64,000 bases of DNA, taken from positions 39,943-103,942 of the forward strand of contig CAVRJJ010000005.1 of the NCBI GenBank assembly GCA_963721685.1, written 5' to 3'. The notes below the pieces were generated by a model, which had not been told where the DNA came from, ran no database searches, and saw only the letters and a list, made by a program, of their open reading frames with translations. The DNA comes from an uncultured bacterium. GTDB taxonomy: Bacteria; Patescibacteriota; Saccharimonadia; UBA4664; SCTI01. The stretch's first letter is position 1. Each line of letters opens with the position of its first letter. This document shows, piece after piece, positions 8,842 through 19,700 of the stretch. Both the position numbers and the translations under genes were made by a program.

Positions 8842-9687
8842 CTACTCCGAGCCGGCAGCTGGTTGCGTCCCCAATAGGTCGCTGGCGTATTGATTGTACT
8901 GGTCTACTTTCTCGTTGTATTCAGAAATTAAGCGGTTAACATCCGGGACTAAGGCGTTGTGCATGCCAATCCGGCCGGCCGCCAGGTACTGCTGCATCTG
9001 GCGCTTAATCGATTGGATCTCGGCGTCCAATTGAACAATTTGTGTATGCAAGCCATCAAAGCGTTGGTCGAAGGCTTGGCTATAGCTCACAATTTGGGCG
9101 CGGTTACTAAAATAATATGCGAAATGTTCCTCCAGCTTACGGCCCAAATCAGGAAATTCAGTCCCCAAAATGGAATGCAGCTCATTGTCTTCCTCTCCTG
9201 GCTCTAGCTCCTTATAGATGTCAAGTCGGTCCCGAAGACTCGTATCGGTTATCTTGGCTGCTGCTGCGCGAAGTTGGCTATTAAGCTCACGCCGTTCTTT
9301 ATTGCTCATACGATCGTAGGCGGCGTGAAGGGTTTCGTGGGCAGCCGTCACTATCTCTTCATCCTTTAGGTCGGACTGCGGTATATTAAGTAAAAAAATT
9401 TGGTTGGTGCTGAGATAACAGCCAAGCTCAATGGTGCGCTCCCCTTGCACCCGGCAGTTTTTAACCAAGCTGGGACGGTCGCTCAGCATCTGGGGCTTTG
9501 CCCGGTAAAAGAGGCGTTCACCATCTTCGGTCATGGTCGCTTTTTCGGCCAACTCGGCAATCCTAGCGGGTGGGCGGTAATCCCTAAGGTAATACCAGTC
9601 GAGAGCTTCATTATGGTTCTGGTAACCAATATAGCTTCCCAGAACTACCGCCGCGATCAGAACTACATTGCGTACAATTTTATACAT
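8842..9687 (-). CDS. Membrane-anchored hypothetical protein with HExxH motif (possible zinc metallopeptidase)
   Basis: N-terminal TM helix; AAHETLHAAYD contains HExxH. Confidence 0.45.
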   Translation of the reverse strand: MYKIVRNVVLIAAVVLGSYIGYQNHNEALDWYYLRDYRPPARIAELAEKATMTEDGERLFYRAKPQMLSDRPSLVKNCRVQGERTIELGCYLSTNQIFLLNIPQSDLKDEEIVTAAHETLHAAYDRMSNKERRELNSQLRAAAAKITDTSLRDRLDIYKELEPGEEDNELHSILGTEFPDLGRKLEEHFAYYFSNRAQIVSYSQAFDQRFDGLHTQIVQLDAEIQSIKRQMQQYLAAGRIGMHNALVPDVNRLISEYNEKVDQYNQYASDLLGTQPAAGSE

Positions 9688-9718
9688 GTCGCGCTTCTTT
9701 TATGTTGAAAACGTGGTG

Positions 9719-10810
9719 TTACGGGTGGATGAACTGGTTGATCTTAGCTTTATCAACCTGCTCTTTGAGATATTGGTCGAAGTCGACGGTCTTAATCAGG
9801 ATATGCGCGGCGTGAACCTGTGATTTATCCGCGTTAAATTCTATGGTCTTGATAATATGGTAACCAAATTGGCTCTTTACCAGTTTTGATACCTGCCCTG
9901 GCTCTTGACCGAAAGCGGCGTCTTCAAACGGCTTAACCATTTGACCTTTTCCAAAGAAACCCAGGTCTCCACCGTTGGCAGCTGAGCTGTCCTGAGAATA
10001 CTCTTTGGCAAGCGCGGCGAAATCCCCGCCTTTGGTAACCTTGCCGAGCGCGTCATTAGCTTTGGCTTTGGCTTGCGCGCCTAGCTTAGGGTCGCTTTGA
10101 ATTTTGGTCGCGACTTTCTGCTGGAGAAGTTGCATGCGAATCTTGGTTTTTAAGTCGTTGACGTCCCAGCCATAAAATTTCTTTAAGACATCTTTAACTT
10201 TTTGCTCGCCGCCAGCCGACTTGGTAATTTGCTCCACCTGCTTGTCGACTTCTTTATTACTAACCTTAACTTTCTCCTTAGCAGCCAGTTGTTTCACGAC
10301 AGCCTCTTGCTGCATTCGCTTAAGTTCCTGCTTCTGGAGCTCTTTCAGCTTCTTTTTGCCATCTGCCGTGTTAAAATCTATGGTCGGCTTATTGTCGGCA
10401 CCGGTTTGGCTTAAGTAGTAGTGCTTGATGGAGTTCACCTCAAACAAATAGTCGCCGTAGCTTATGAAGCTGCCGTTTACCTTTTGCGCCGGGTAGGGCA
10501 CCACTTGGGATACCAACTGCACAATCCGACTGCTGTTCTGATACTTATAGATCAGAACGCCAAATACCAGCAGGAAGAGTACGAGGAGTCCCCCAACCGT
10601 TCCGCCGATCATCCATGCCATTTTCCGGCTATTTTCCGGACTGGAAGAATTCGAAGGACTCGAAGCCGTTGCGGATAATGGCGCTTTGGACGCGAGTTCG
10701 TCTGAATCGTCAGTCGTTTTATTAATTACGGGTGCTTTTACTGTTTTTGCCGGTTTTGCTGACTTAGACGCACGTTTCTTCGCCGCAGGCTTCTTTTCTT
10801 CGTCCACCAA
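9719..10810 (-). CDS. Parvulin-type peptidyl-prolyl cis-trans isomerase (PrsA/SurA-like), membrane anchored
   Basis: C-terminal GGDLGFFGKGQMVKPFEDAAF...GYHIIK rotamase domain; Lys-rich N-terminus then TM. Confidence 0.8.
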   Translation of the reverse strand: MVDEEKKPAAKKRASKSAKPAKTVKAPVINKTTDDSDELASKAPLSATASSPSNSSSPENSRKMAWMIGGTVGGLLVLFLLVFGVLIYKYQNSSRIVQLVSQVVPYPAQKVNGSFISYGDYLFEVNSIKHYYLSQTGADNKPTIDFNTADGKKKLKELQKQELKRMQQEAVVKQLAAKEKVKVSNKEVDKQVEQITKSAGGEQKVKDVLKKFYGWDVNDLKTKIRMQLLQQKVATKIQSDPKLGAQAKAKANDALGKVTKGGDFAALAKEYSQDSSAANGGDLGFFGKGQMVKPFEDAAFGQEPGQVSKLVKSQFGYHIIKTIEFNADKSQVHAAHILIKTVDFDQYLKEQVDKAKINQFIHP

Positions 10811-10840
10811 AAAACTCCTTATGCTTCCTTTAATGCTACC

Positions 10841-11386
10841 TTACTTTTGCGGCGGTGTCGAATTTACCGTCCGCGCCACTGCCATGATTTTTTGATGTAC
10901 CGCCTCGGGCTTATGAACATTTAGGAGTGTCCACTGGCTGGCATAGGTTTCCACGGTAATGTCGCCGTACTTTAACAATGCGGCCTGCATTCCATTAATA
11001 TGGTAATTGATCGACTGGATCTTATCAAAACCCACCTCGCTGACTTTTCGGTTGAATAAGCCCTTTTGCTTGATATCAATAAGCCGTTGGTCGGTCACGA
11101 TATAAACGCTGTAATACCATCCTACCCAGTGATAAAACCAGTACAACAATACTAGCACAGGTAAGATTAAGGAAATCTTAAGCGCCGTGTTGGATAACGG
11201 CCATAGCATCAACGGCCCCAGGCCTGCCAGGATGGCCAGCATGCCGTAAATTAATTGCTTCCGCAAAACCACCGGATGCTGACGAAACACCAGCACCACG
11301 GTCTCATCGGGGTCCTGGCCGGGGAACTCAAGGTTTGCCTTTGTGTCAGATGAAGTAGCCATATCCTGATTATAGCAAACAAGCAT
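10841..11386 (-). CDS. Membrane protein with bacterial PH (YdbS/DUF304-like) domain
   Basis: Two TM helices followed by a soluble domain; overall YdbS-like architecture. Confidence 0.5.
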   Translation of the reverse strand: MLVCYNQDMATSSDTKANLEFPGQDPDETVVLVFRQHPVVLRKQLIYGMLAILAGLGPLMLWPLSNTALKISLILPVLVLLYWFYHWVGWYYSVYIVTDQRLIDIKQKGLFNRKVSEVGFDKIQSINYHINGMQAALLKYGDITVETYASQWTLLNVHKPEAVHQKIMAVARTVNSTPPQK

Positions 11387-11420
11387 AAGGGCAACAGGTG
11401 GTATAATTCTGTCGTCCCAT

Positions 11421-11496
11421 GCCTCCGTAGCTCAGTGGATAGAGCGCCTCCGTCCTAAGGAGGGCGTCGGGAGTTCGAATCTCTCCGGGGGCACCA
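11421..11496 (+). tRNA. tRNA-Arg (anticodon CCT)
   Basis: GCCTCCGTAGCTCAGTGGATAGAGCGCCTCCGTCCTAAGGAGGGCGTCGGGAGTTCGAATCTCTCCGGGGGCACCA; anticodon loop GTCCTAA. Confidence 0.85.
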
Positions 11497-11570
11497 GTAC
11501 CTATACTTAGCCAAAGCCTACCAGACATATGAAATTTTCAAGATGTCTGATGCCCACCGGCAATATCAAT

Positions 11571-11610
11571 TTTTTTGAGATGACCGCGCTTTGCAAAGCA
11601 CTCAAAAAAT
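11571..11610. terminator. Candidate bidirectional terminator downstream of ndk (palindrome flanked by T7 and A6 runs)
   Basis: tttttttgagatgaccgcgctttgcaaagcactcaaaaaa; gag/ctc arms around the palindrome gctttgcaaagc. Confidence 0.35.
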
Positions 11611-11639
11611 TATATCGCCGATCTCATCACAATTAATAA

Positions 11640-12161
11640 TTAGCTGTGGCGGGATTGCGGCTTGTTGGGCTGGGTATAATCTTCGTGTGCGGCTTCATAG
11701 CTGTAAAGCTCATCATCGTTGAACCAAAGCTTGATCTCCTGAACCGCCTCTTTTTTATCGCCAGAGGCGTGGATGAGGTTGGGGATACCGGCGCCAATTG
11801 AGTTAGCGTGGCTAAAGCTGATATGGGAATAGTCGCCGCGGATGGTGCCGGCTTGGGCGCTGGCTGGCTCGGTCTCGCCCACCATCTTACGCACCAATTC
11901 AACCGCGCCAATACCTTCGAGCACTAAGCCGACCACCGGACCGTTCATCATAAACTCCAAGTTAACGTCAAACACGTCTTGCCCGCGGCGTGAAATAAGC
12001 TTACTGATTTCTTCATAGTGCTGGTGGTAGTGCTCGCGATCGGGCCGGACCATCTTCATACCAATAATTTTAAGCCCTACCCGTTCAAAGCGGCTGATTA
12101 TGTCGCCAACAATTGCCCGCTGAACAGCGTCGGGTTTCAGTATGATAAGGGTTCGTTCCAT
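11640..12161 (-). CDS. ndk: Nucleoside diphosphate kinase
   Basis: MERTLIILKPDAVQR... with NLIHASGD active-site region; start taken at internal ATG (12159-12161) rather than ORF-track start, which overlaps the next gene. Confidence 0.9.
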   Translation of the reverse strand: MERTLIILKPDAVQRAIVGDIISRFERVGLKIIGMKMVRPDREHYHQHYEEISKLISRRGQDVFDVNLEFMMNGPVVGLVLEGIGAVELVRKMVGETEPASAQAGTIRGDYSHISFSHANSIGAGIPNLIHASGDKKEAVQEIKLWFNDDELYSYEAAHEDYTQPNKPQSRHS

Positions 12162-12171
12162 GATATCTCCA

Positions 12172-13482
12172 TTATAGCTTGGTTTGATGATTAAAAGCTT
12201 CAACTGCCGCTTCCGGCTCCGGACTGATGATCCCCAAGCGCAAGCGGTCGGGTGCCAGCATCGCCTGCGCGACACGCGTAATATCGGCGGGTGTTACGGC
12301 GTCAATGTTCGACATAACCGCCTCAACCCCACGAATGCTCCCTAGCAGAATTTGCTGGGTACCAAAACGGTCTGCTACTGAAGTATTTGACTCCATCGCC
12401 ATCTGAAGGCCGCCCCGGATCTGGTTTTTTGCTTTGTTAAGCTCTTCATTACTGACTTTCTCGGTGCGAATGCGCTGTAACTCCTCCATAATAGCAGCGA
12501 TCGCTTCAGCTTGCTTGGGAATACTGACCCCGGCGTAGACTTCAAACTCTCCGCTATCGACAAAGTTATCCATTCCGGCGCTTACCGTATAGGCCAACCC
12601 TTTGCGCTCGCGGACGTTAAGGAACAAGCGCGAGCTTAAGCCACGCCCTAAGATGGCAGTAATGAGCTTAGCAGTCGGATCATCGGCGTGACGGTAGGGA
12701 TAGGCAACCGTGCTGATTGCCAAGTGGGCTTGGGCGGTATCCTTAGGGTAGGACTTTACCCGCTCCCCTTTAAGAGTCGCGGTAACGGCTAAGGGTTTTT
12801 CGGGATGCTTGGATTCCATATCGCCAAACAGCGATTCAACCTGTTTAATTATCGCCTTGTGGTCTACGCGGCCAACAGCTACCACCACCATTGACGCGGG
12901 TTGGTAGTGACGGTTCATATAGCCAGCGATGCTGTCCCGGCTGATTGTTTTAATTACCTCTTCAGCTCCAAGTACTTCCCGCTCCAGCGGGTGTCCCGGC
13001 CACAGGAGCGGCGGAGTTAAGCGATGCACGTAGCTGGCGGGGTCATCCCGATAAACATTCATCTCTTCAATAACCACATCCCGCTCACGGTCAATTTCAG
13101 CCGGATCAAGCAAAGAATTACGAATCATGTCGGCTAGGATCTCAAGCCCCAACCCCACGTGCTCATGGGGAACTTTTACGTAGTAATTGGTTAGCTCATG
13201 GGAGGTATAGGCGTTATTCCAGCCCCCTACCGCGTCAATTTGCTCTGAAATGATTCGGGTGGAGGGCCGGTTTGTCGTACCTTTAAATAAGAGGTGTTCG
13301 AGAAAATGAGAAACTCCTCCGTTCACAGAAAATTGTTCATAGCGCGCGCCCACCCGAACGAATATGGCGATGGTAGCGCTATAAGCACCAGGCATATTAG
13401 CCGTAACAACCTGCAAACCATTCGTAAGGCTATGTTGTTTTGGTTGGAGCGGTTGGTTCGAGAACGAAGGCATAGTAGCCAT
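12172..13482 (-). CDS. M16 family zinc peptidase (insulinase/pitrilysin-like)
   Basis: HFLEHLLFKGT inverted zinc-binding motif HxxEH. Confidence 0.8.
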   Translation of the reverse strand: MATMPSFSNQPLQPKQHSLTNGLQVVTANMPGAYSATIAIFVRVGARYEQFSVNGGVSHFLEHLLFKGTTNRPSTRIISEQIDAVGGWNNAYTSHELTNYYVKVPHEHVGLGLEILADMIRNSLLDPAEIDRERDVVIEEMNVYRDDPASYVHRLTPPLLWPGHPLEREVLGAEEVIKTISRDSIAGYMNRHYQPASMVVVAVGRVDHKAIIKQVESLFGDMESKHPEKPLAVTATLKGERVKSYPKDTAQAHLAISTVAYPYRHADDPTAKLITAILGRGLSSRLFLNVRERKGLAYTVSAGMDNFVDSGEFEVYAGVSIPKQAEAIAAIMEELQRIRTEKVSNEELNKAKNQIRGGLQMAMESNTSVADRFGTQQILLGSIRGVEAVMSNIDAVTPADITRVAQAMLAPDRLRLGIISPEPEAAVEAFNHQTKL

Positions 13483-15227
13483 TATAGAACGGGGAGGGAG
13501 GCTTGCAAGCGCTTAAGCTCCGCCACGGCCGGCTTAATCCGGGAATCGGCGTTACGGTTACCAATAACCGCTTCCGGATAAAGCGCTAAGCCGTCACGAA
13601 TCACTTGGCGCGCTGCCCGGGTATTCTTTTGCTGAATTAATAAGGCCGCTAAATCCACGTAATAATCAGGGTGGTTAAGGCGGTCCAGGCGCAACGCCTG
13701 ATGGTAAGCGGTTAAGGCAGCTGGGGGATTTCCATCAAGCCGCTCAATCCGCCCTAACAGAAAGTAGTGCTGACTATCTTTGGGGTCTCGGCGGATAGCC
13801 TGTTTGGCCCGGTCACGACCCAACGCTAAATAGCTTTTTGGACCGCCAGCGGCTGCCAGGGCATAATAATCAATCCCCTCAGAAGTCCATACATCCGGAT
13901 CATAGATAGGATACTTATGCGCCTGCTCGTAGGCTTTGGCAGCTTGGGTGAGATCTTGGTTCCCATCATGGATACGGCCCCGCTGGAAAGAGGCATCACT
14001 AAGATACATGCTGACACTTAGAAGAAGCGCCGCCGCCAAAGATGCCGGAAGAGCAAGATTGCGCCAGCGGGAAATCGGCCGGCGGCGGGAAGGCTGGTAG
14101 GTTAAGCCTACCAACATCGCGAGCAGCGCGACCAAAGCCAGGTAACGGCTGTCAATGTCGAGCCCGAAGTGCAGTGCAAGGGCAATGGCACTAATGGCTA
14201 CTATGCCCAGCTGTGGCCGGCGCCGTACCCCCCGCCACATTCCTATGGCTATAACCGCGGCCAAGCCCAGGAGGATTGACATGCCCACCACCCCTTGCTC
14301 AGCCAGCGTGGCGGCAACTATACTATGCGGATCGTTGGCGGCGCTAATAACCCGCTGCTGATATTGAGGATGTACCGTGCCGTACGTTCCGGCACCACTG
14401 CCTAGAACCGGATGGTCCTTCCAAATTTCTAAGGCGCTTTTCAGATAAGATATCCGGTCCTGCGCGCTCATTGATTCGCCAGTAGCTGCTTCTGCGAAGC
14501 GTGATCCGGGCACCGGGGCGGACTGGCCACCCAGCTGCGACTTAACTGCGACCACACCGAAACTTAAGACAAATGTAACTACTCCTAAACCGATAATCCA
14601 AGCTAAACGCCGCCGGACTTGCGGCAACGCCAGGCAACCGACACCCACTATAGCCGCGACCAGTACCGCTCCACGCGAATCAGTCAGCCAAAAGGCTGTC
14701 CCGATGCAAAGTGTTAACAAGCCTGACGGCCACTGCCGGTTGGTTATCCATTTCCACCCACTTATAAGAAACGCCGGCAGCAGAAATGCCGCGCAGGGGT
14801 TTGCCCAATAGAATGAGGCGGTTAAGCGGTCATAGTCACCGGAGAGATAAAGATAAAAGCCATAAATAGAAATAACCAACGCGACCCAAAGATAACCTTT
14901 TATGGCTTGTTCCTTTTGCAGCAATGACAAGTTTGCTGAAACCAGGAACACAATGATGGCAATCAAACTATAGAGAAGCCATTGCTCGCTTTGGAAGCGG
15001 TTGACCGTCCATATCAGCGATGCCGCGCTCCATCCTACCCAAGCAAACGCGAGGAAACGTAAGGCTCCGGAGCTGGTTGTACGGGGTGACACCGTCCGCA
15101 GCAATAAAAAGCTACTTACTAGCAAGCCAAAAACTGAAATTAGTACCGCCACGGCTGTCCGGCCGCCTGACATCCAGGGTAAAACCGCCGTTAACAGGCC
15201 TCCCACCACAATCAGTGATTTATTCAT
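13482..15227 (-). CDS. O-antigen ligase (Wzy_C)-like polytopic membrane protein with C-terminal TPR repeats
   Basis: About 10 TM helices then TPR-like repeats; shares boundary base with M16 peptidase gene. Confidence 0.55.
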   Translation of the reverse strand: MNKSLIVVGGLLTAVLPWMSGGRTAVAVLISVFGLLVSSFLLLRTVSPRTTSSGALRFLAFAWVGWSAASLIWTVNRFQSEQWLLYSLIAIIVFLVSANLSLLQKEQAIKGYLWVALVISIYGFYLYLSGDYDRLTASFYWANPCAAFLLPAFLISGWKWITNRQWPSGLLTLCIGTAFWLTDSRGAVLVAAIVGVGCLALPQVRRRLAWIIGLGVVTFVLSFGVVAVKSQLGGQSAPVPGSRFAEAATGESMSAQDRISYLKSALEIWKDHPVLGSGAGTYGTVHPQYQQRVISAANDPHSIVAATLAEQGVVGMSILLGLAAVIAIGMWRGVRRRPQLGIVAISAIALALHFGLDIDSRYLALVALLAMLVGLTYQPSRRRPISRWRNLALPASLAAALLLSVSMYLSDASFQRGRIHDGNQDLTQAAKAYEQAHKYPIYDPDVWTSEGIDYYALAAAGGPKSYLALGRDRAKQAIRRDPKDSQHYFLLGRIERLDGNPPAALTAYHQALRLDRLNHPDYYVDLAALLIQQKNTRAARQVIRDGLALYPEAVIGNRNADSRIKPAVAELKRLQASLPVL

Positions 15228-15512
15228 GGCTTCAAGTATACAGGCGGTGGCCCATATTGCGATATATTGGCGAATAGAAGCCGAAATTTAACTCTCCCCA
15301 AAATTTCGAATCGGGGGTCACTTTATTTCATTGAAATAGTAACCGTAGGATACTATTTTTCGATTAACTTTGTATTAAGCAGATCCGAAAAAGAAATAGG
15401 CAGCATAGATAGACGCAATTTTGCGCTTATACTTAATTTAATAGAAATTTAACCTGAAAATAGTATCCTCGGAACACTAAATCATTGTAGTTGTAGAAAG
15501 GGCCTAGAAACC

Positions 15513-15845
15513 ATGCATATGAAGTTAAGCATGTGGACCCCACTAACACCGACGACCTTATATGCCCTACTGGCTCTTCAAGGTAACGAGCTGCACGCCT
15601 ACATGGTGGGGGAACAAATTGCCAAGCACTCAGAAGGACTGGTTGCACCCAATCGCTCCACTGTGGCGCGGTTGTTGAAACGGCTTGTCCGCCGCGGCTG
15701 GGTGTCTGCCTGGGAACCACCGCCCCACCCTAGCCGCCTCCGCAAGCAAACCTACACACTTACGCCAGCAGGAAAGCGCGCCTTAAAAAACGAGCTTCAA
15801 AGGCTGCGGCAGCTAGTGTCATTAACAAGCTGGCTGACAATTTAG
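15513..15845 (+). CDS. PadR-family winged-helix transcriptional regulator
   Basis: LTPTTLYALLALQGNELHAYMVGEQI... and YTLTPAGKRAL typical of PadR. Confidence 0.65.
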   Translation: MHMKLSMWTPLTPTTLYALLALQGNELHAYMVGEQIAKHSEGLVAPNRSTVARLLKRLVRRGWVSAWEPPPHPSRLRKQTYTLTPAGKRALKNELQRLRQLVSLTSWLTI

Positions 15846-15851
15846 CAACAG

Positions 15852-16775
15852 CTAGCCGACAATGTGGTCCAGCAGCGCCATGCGAATGTACAAACCGTTA
15901 CCGGCTTGTTCAAAATACTTAGCCCGGGGGTCCGCGTCAACTTCCGCGGCAATCTCGTCAACCCGGGGTAATGGGTGCATAATAATCGCTTGCTTGGGTA
16001 GAATGCGCAGCGCTTCCGTGTTCAAGATAAAACCGCCGCCACTTAAGGAGTCCGAGGCGTCCAGGCGCTCTTTTTGCAAGCGGGTCCAATACACCACATC
16101 AGCCTCCTTTAGTGCTGATTCCATAGTCTCGCTTTCATCAAAAGTCGTGCCGCTGGTACGCAACACTTCCTTAATGTCATCCCCCATTTGCAATTCCGGG
16201 ATGGAAACAAACGAAATGTGGTTGTTAGGATACTTCGCGAGCATTTTAGCAAGCGAACGTACGGTGCGGCCATTACGCAAATCGCCACCCATAACTACTT
16301 TTAGATTATCCAGGTGGTTAAAGCGACGATGGATGGTATAGAGGTCGAGCAGACTCTGAGTAGGATGCTCCCCCTTGCCGTCACCGGCGTTTATAATGGG
16401 CACCTCACTAACCGACGCGGCCTCAGCGACGGTACCGGTTACCGGTTGGCGGATGATAACTGCCGAGAAGCCGTACTGGTTAATCACCCGCATGGTGTCT
16501 GCGATTGTCTCCCCTTTAGAAGCCGAGGAAAACTCCCCGGCATTCTCAGTGCTCACTACCCCCATCCCCAGCTTTAGGGCGGCAGCCTCAAAGCTTATGC
16601 GCGTGCGGGTGGACGGTTCGTAAAAAAGGCTGCAGATTTGCTTGCCGGTGTGCCTGGCGGCCAAAGTCCGGCGCTTTTCCTTATCGGCAACACCGGCCCG
16701 CATCGCTTCGGCCTGATTAAAAAGCTTCGAAAGGTCCGCGGTGGTAAACTGGTCGGCGCTTAACACATGCTTCAT
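15852..16775 (-). CDS. pyrB: Aspartate carbamoyltransferase catalytic subunit
   Basis: STRTRISFE and HPLP motifs; ATGA overlap with carB stop. Confidence 0.9.
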   Translation of the reverse strand: MKHVLSADQFTTADLSKLFNQAEAMRAGVADKEKRRTLAARHTGKQICSLFYEPSTRTRISFEAAALKLGMGVVSTENAGEFSSASKGETIADTMRVINQYGFSAVIIRQPVTGTVAEAASVSEVPIINAGDGKGEHPTQSLLDLYTIHRRFNHLDNLKVVMGGDLRNGRTVRSLAKMLAKYPNNHISFVSIPELQMGDDIKEVLRTSGTTFDESETMESALKEADVVYWTRLQKERLDASDSLSGGGFILNTEALRILPKQAIIMHPLPRVDEIAAEVDADPRAKYFEQAGNGLYIRMALLDHIVG

Positions 16776-19700
16776 ACTTTTTCCTCCGTTAGGCTGTGGT
16801 TTTGGGTCTTACCCAGAAAGTCCTGCCAGGCTTTAGGCTCCCGTTGCATTACTTTAGGATCCCCGAGGCAACGCAGTAACAATCTACCGGTTTCGGCATT
16901 GGTAATGAGCGGAATATGGCTATCAATAGCCAAGCGCCGAATAGTGTAGGCGTCGTTGCTGTCTCGGCTGGACGAGGGAATGCTAATCATAAGTCCAATC
17001 TGTTGTTTGGCTATGGAAGTAATAATGCTTGGTTCGATTTTCTCAACTATTTTATGCAGCTTAGTGGTTTCAACACCACCGGCCTTAAGGTAATCGTGGG
17101 TACCCGGAGTGGCATAGATTTTCCAACCCTGCTTTAGCAAGTCGGCGGCTTCTTCAATGAACTTATACTTATGCTGGTCCGGCAGACTTAAAAACAAGGT
17201 TTTCGTTTTTACCCGCTGCTCAGTAGCCAGCCATGACCGGTAAAAAGCCTCCTGCAGATTATCACCAAAACAGGCCACTTCGCCCGTAGAAGCCATTTCC
17301 ACCCCCGCCACTGGGTCAGCTCCCTTAAGGCGATTATAGGAAAACTGGGGACTTTTTACTCCTACGTAGTCATACTCAAGCGTTTGGTAGTCGGTGGTGC
17401 TCTCAATGCCCAGGATCGATTCCGTAGCGATTGCAATGAAGTTGTGACCGGTTACTTTTGAAACGAACGGAAAGGATCGTGAGGCGCGGACATTGCACTC
17501 AATAACCTTAAGGTCGTTATCCTTGGCAATAAACTGGACGTTAAACGGGCCGGTTATATTAAGGTTGCTAATAATTTGCTTGGTTATTAACTTAGCCCGG
17601 CGAACTGTTTCCAAATATAACCGTTGGGCCGGAAAAACCACCGTGGCGTCTCCGGAATGTACGCCGGCGTTTTCAATATGTTCCGAGATAGCGTAAATCT
17701 GCAAATGCCCGTCTTTGGCTACCCCGTCAATCTCAATCTCTTTGGAATTAGCGATAAAGTGGGAAATAACCACGGGATGGTCGGGTGATAAGGTCGCGGC
17801 TTCGGTTAGGTAAAAAGCCAGTTCTTTCTCGGTAGATACAACATTCATTGCCCCGCCGGAGAGCACATAGGACGGGCGGATAATTACCGGATAACCTACT
17901 TTTTGAGCGAAGGCATTAGCTTTTTGGAAGGTGCTAACTTCTTCCCAGGTGGGCTGGTCTACCCCCAATTTATTCAGCATGCTGGAAAACTTCTGCCGGT
18001 CTTCGGCACGGTCAATCTGGTCGGGCGGCGTACCCAGGATCGGGTAACCAGCTTTAGCCAGGGGCAGGGCTAAATTATTAGCAATCTGACCGCCAACTGA
18101 GACTACAATGCCGTCAGGGTGTTCAAAATCGGCAATGTCGCTCATCCGCTCAAAGGTCAGCTCTTCAAAATACAGCCGGTTTGAGCGGTCAAAGTCGGTT
18201 GAAACGGTTTCAGGGTTTGAGTTAACCATAATGGTTTGGCGGCCATGGGCTTGAAGGGTTTTAGCGGTGTTTACCGCGCACCAGTCAAACTCCACCGATG
18301 AACCGATGCAGTACGGACCCGAACCCATCACAATAACCGTCTTGTTGCCAACCGGCTCCACATCATCACGGTCGCCATGGTAGGTCGTGTACAGGTAATT
18401 GGTGGAGGCCTCAAACTCCCCCGCCAAGGTATCAATTTGCTTAATAACCGGCCTAATCCCCTCTTTCAGGCGCCGCTGGCGAATGGCCGCTTCACTCTCA
18501 TCTTTAAGGTTGGCAATAACGCGGTCGGCAAACCCGGCTTTTTTAGCACGCTCAAGCAATGATTTGGAGAGCGGCTGTTCACGAATATCCTCTTCAAGAA
18601 TTTGGATGTCCTGGAGATGCCTCAGGAACCAATTATCAACATTAGAGATTTTATGGATGTGCTCAACACTTTTGCCTTTTTTAAACGCTTCATAAATGGC
18701 AAACAACCTGCGGTCGGTAGCCGGGTTTATTTCGCTTTCCGGGTCATCTAGCTTGTATGGATGGCTGGTAAGGCCATGTGCGCCAATATTAAGCATGCGA
18801 ATTGCCTTTTGCAGGGCTTCGGGAAATGACCGCCCCAGCGCCATTACTTCGCCCACGCTTTTCATTTCCGAACCAATTGAGTGATCGCTGGATTTTAGTT
18901 TCGCCAGGTCCCAGCGCGGCATCTTGACGGCGATATAATCCAATGCCGGTTCGAAAAAGGCTGAGGTCGTGCCGGTTACCGCGTTGGTTAGGTCCGGCAG
19001 GAGCTTGCCAAGCACCAACTTTGATGCCACGTACGCCAGCGGGTAGCCGGTAGCTTTTGAGGCAAGCGCGCTGGAACGGCTTAGGCGGGCATTTACCTCA
19101 ATTACCCGGTAATCACCATTAGCCGGATTCAAGGCATATTGAATATTGCACTCACCAATAATTTTTAAATGGTTAATGGTGCGGATCGCCACCTCGCGCA
19201 AGCGATGGTATTCCTCGTTGGTGAGGGTTTGGGAGGGAGCCACCACAATACTTTCGCCGGTATGGATGCCCATGGGATCCAGGTTCTCCATATTACAGAC
19301 GGTAATGGTATTCCCGCCTGAATCCCGCACAACTTCGTATTCCACTTCTTTCCAGCCAACCAAGAACTCTTCAATTAATAGTTGCGGCACGGCCTGCAAG
19401 GCTTCATTGGCCATACGGGTCAAATCCTTGTCATTATCGACCCTGCCCGAACCGAGCCCGCCCAAACTATACCCGGCGCGCAGCATAACCGGGTAACCAA
19501 TGATTTTGGCAGCCGCTAAAGCTTCCTTCAAGCTGTAAGCCACAGCGCTACGGGCGGTCTGGGTGCCAATCTCTTTCATCGCGGCCTTAAACAATTGCCG
19601 GTCTTCAGTAGTTTTAATGGTTTCCAGCGATGTGCCGGGCACGGTAATCCCCAGCCGCTTAAATACTCCTTTGTCATACAGCTCCAGGCCCAGGTTAAGC

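Noticed and set aside
11521-11549. Hairpin ccagacat...atgtctg after tRNA-Arg as a terminator
   Set aside because: A 7-bp stem with a 14-nt loop and no following T-run. Weak evidence, so not called.
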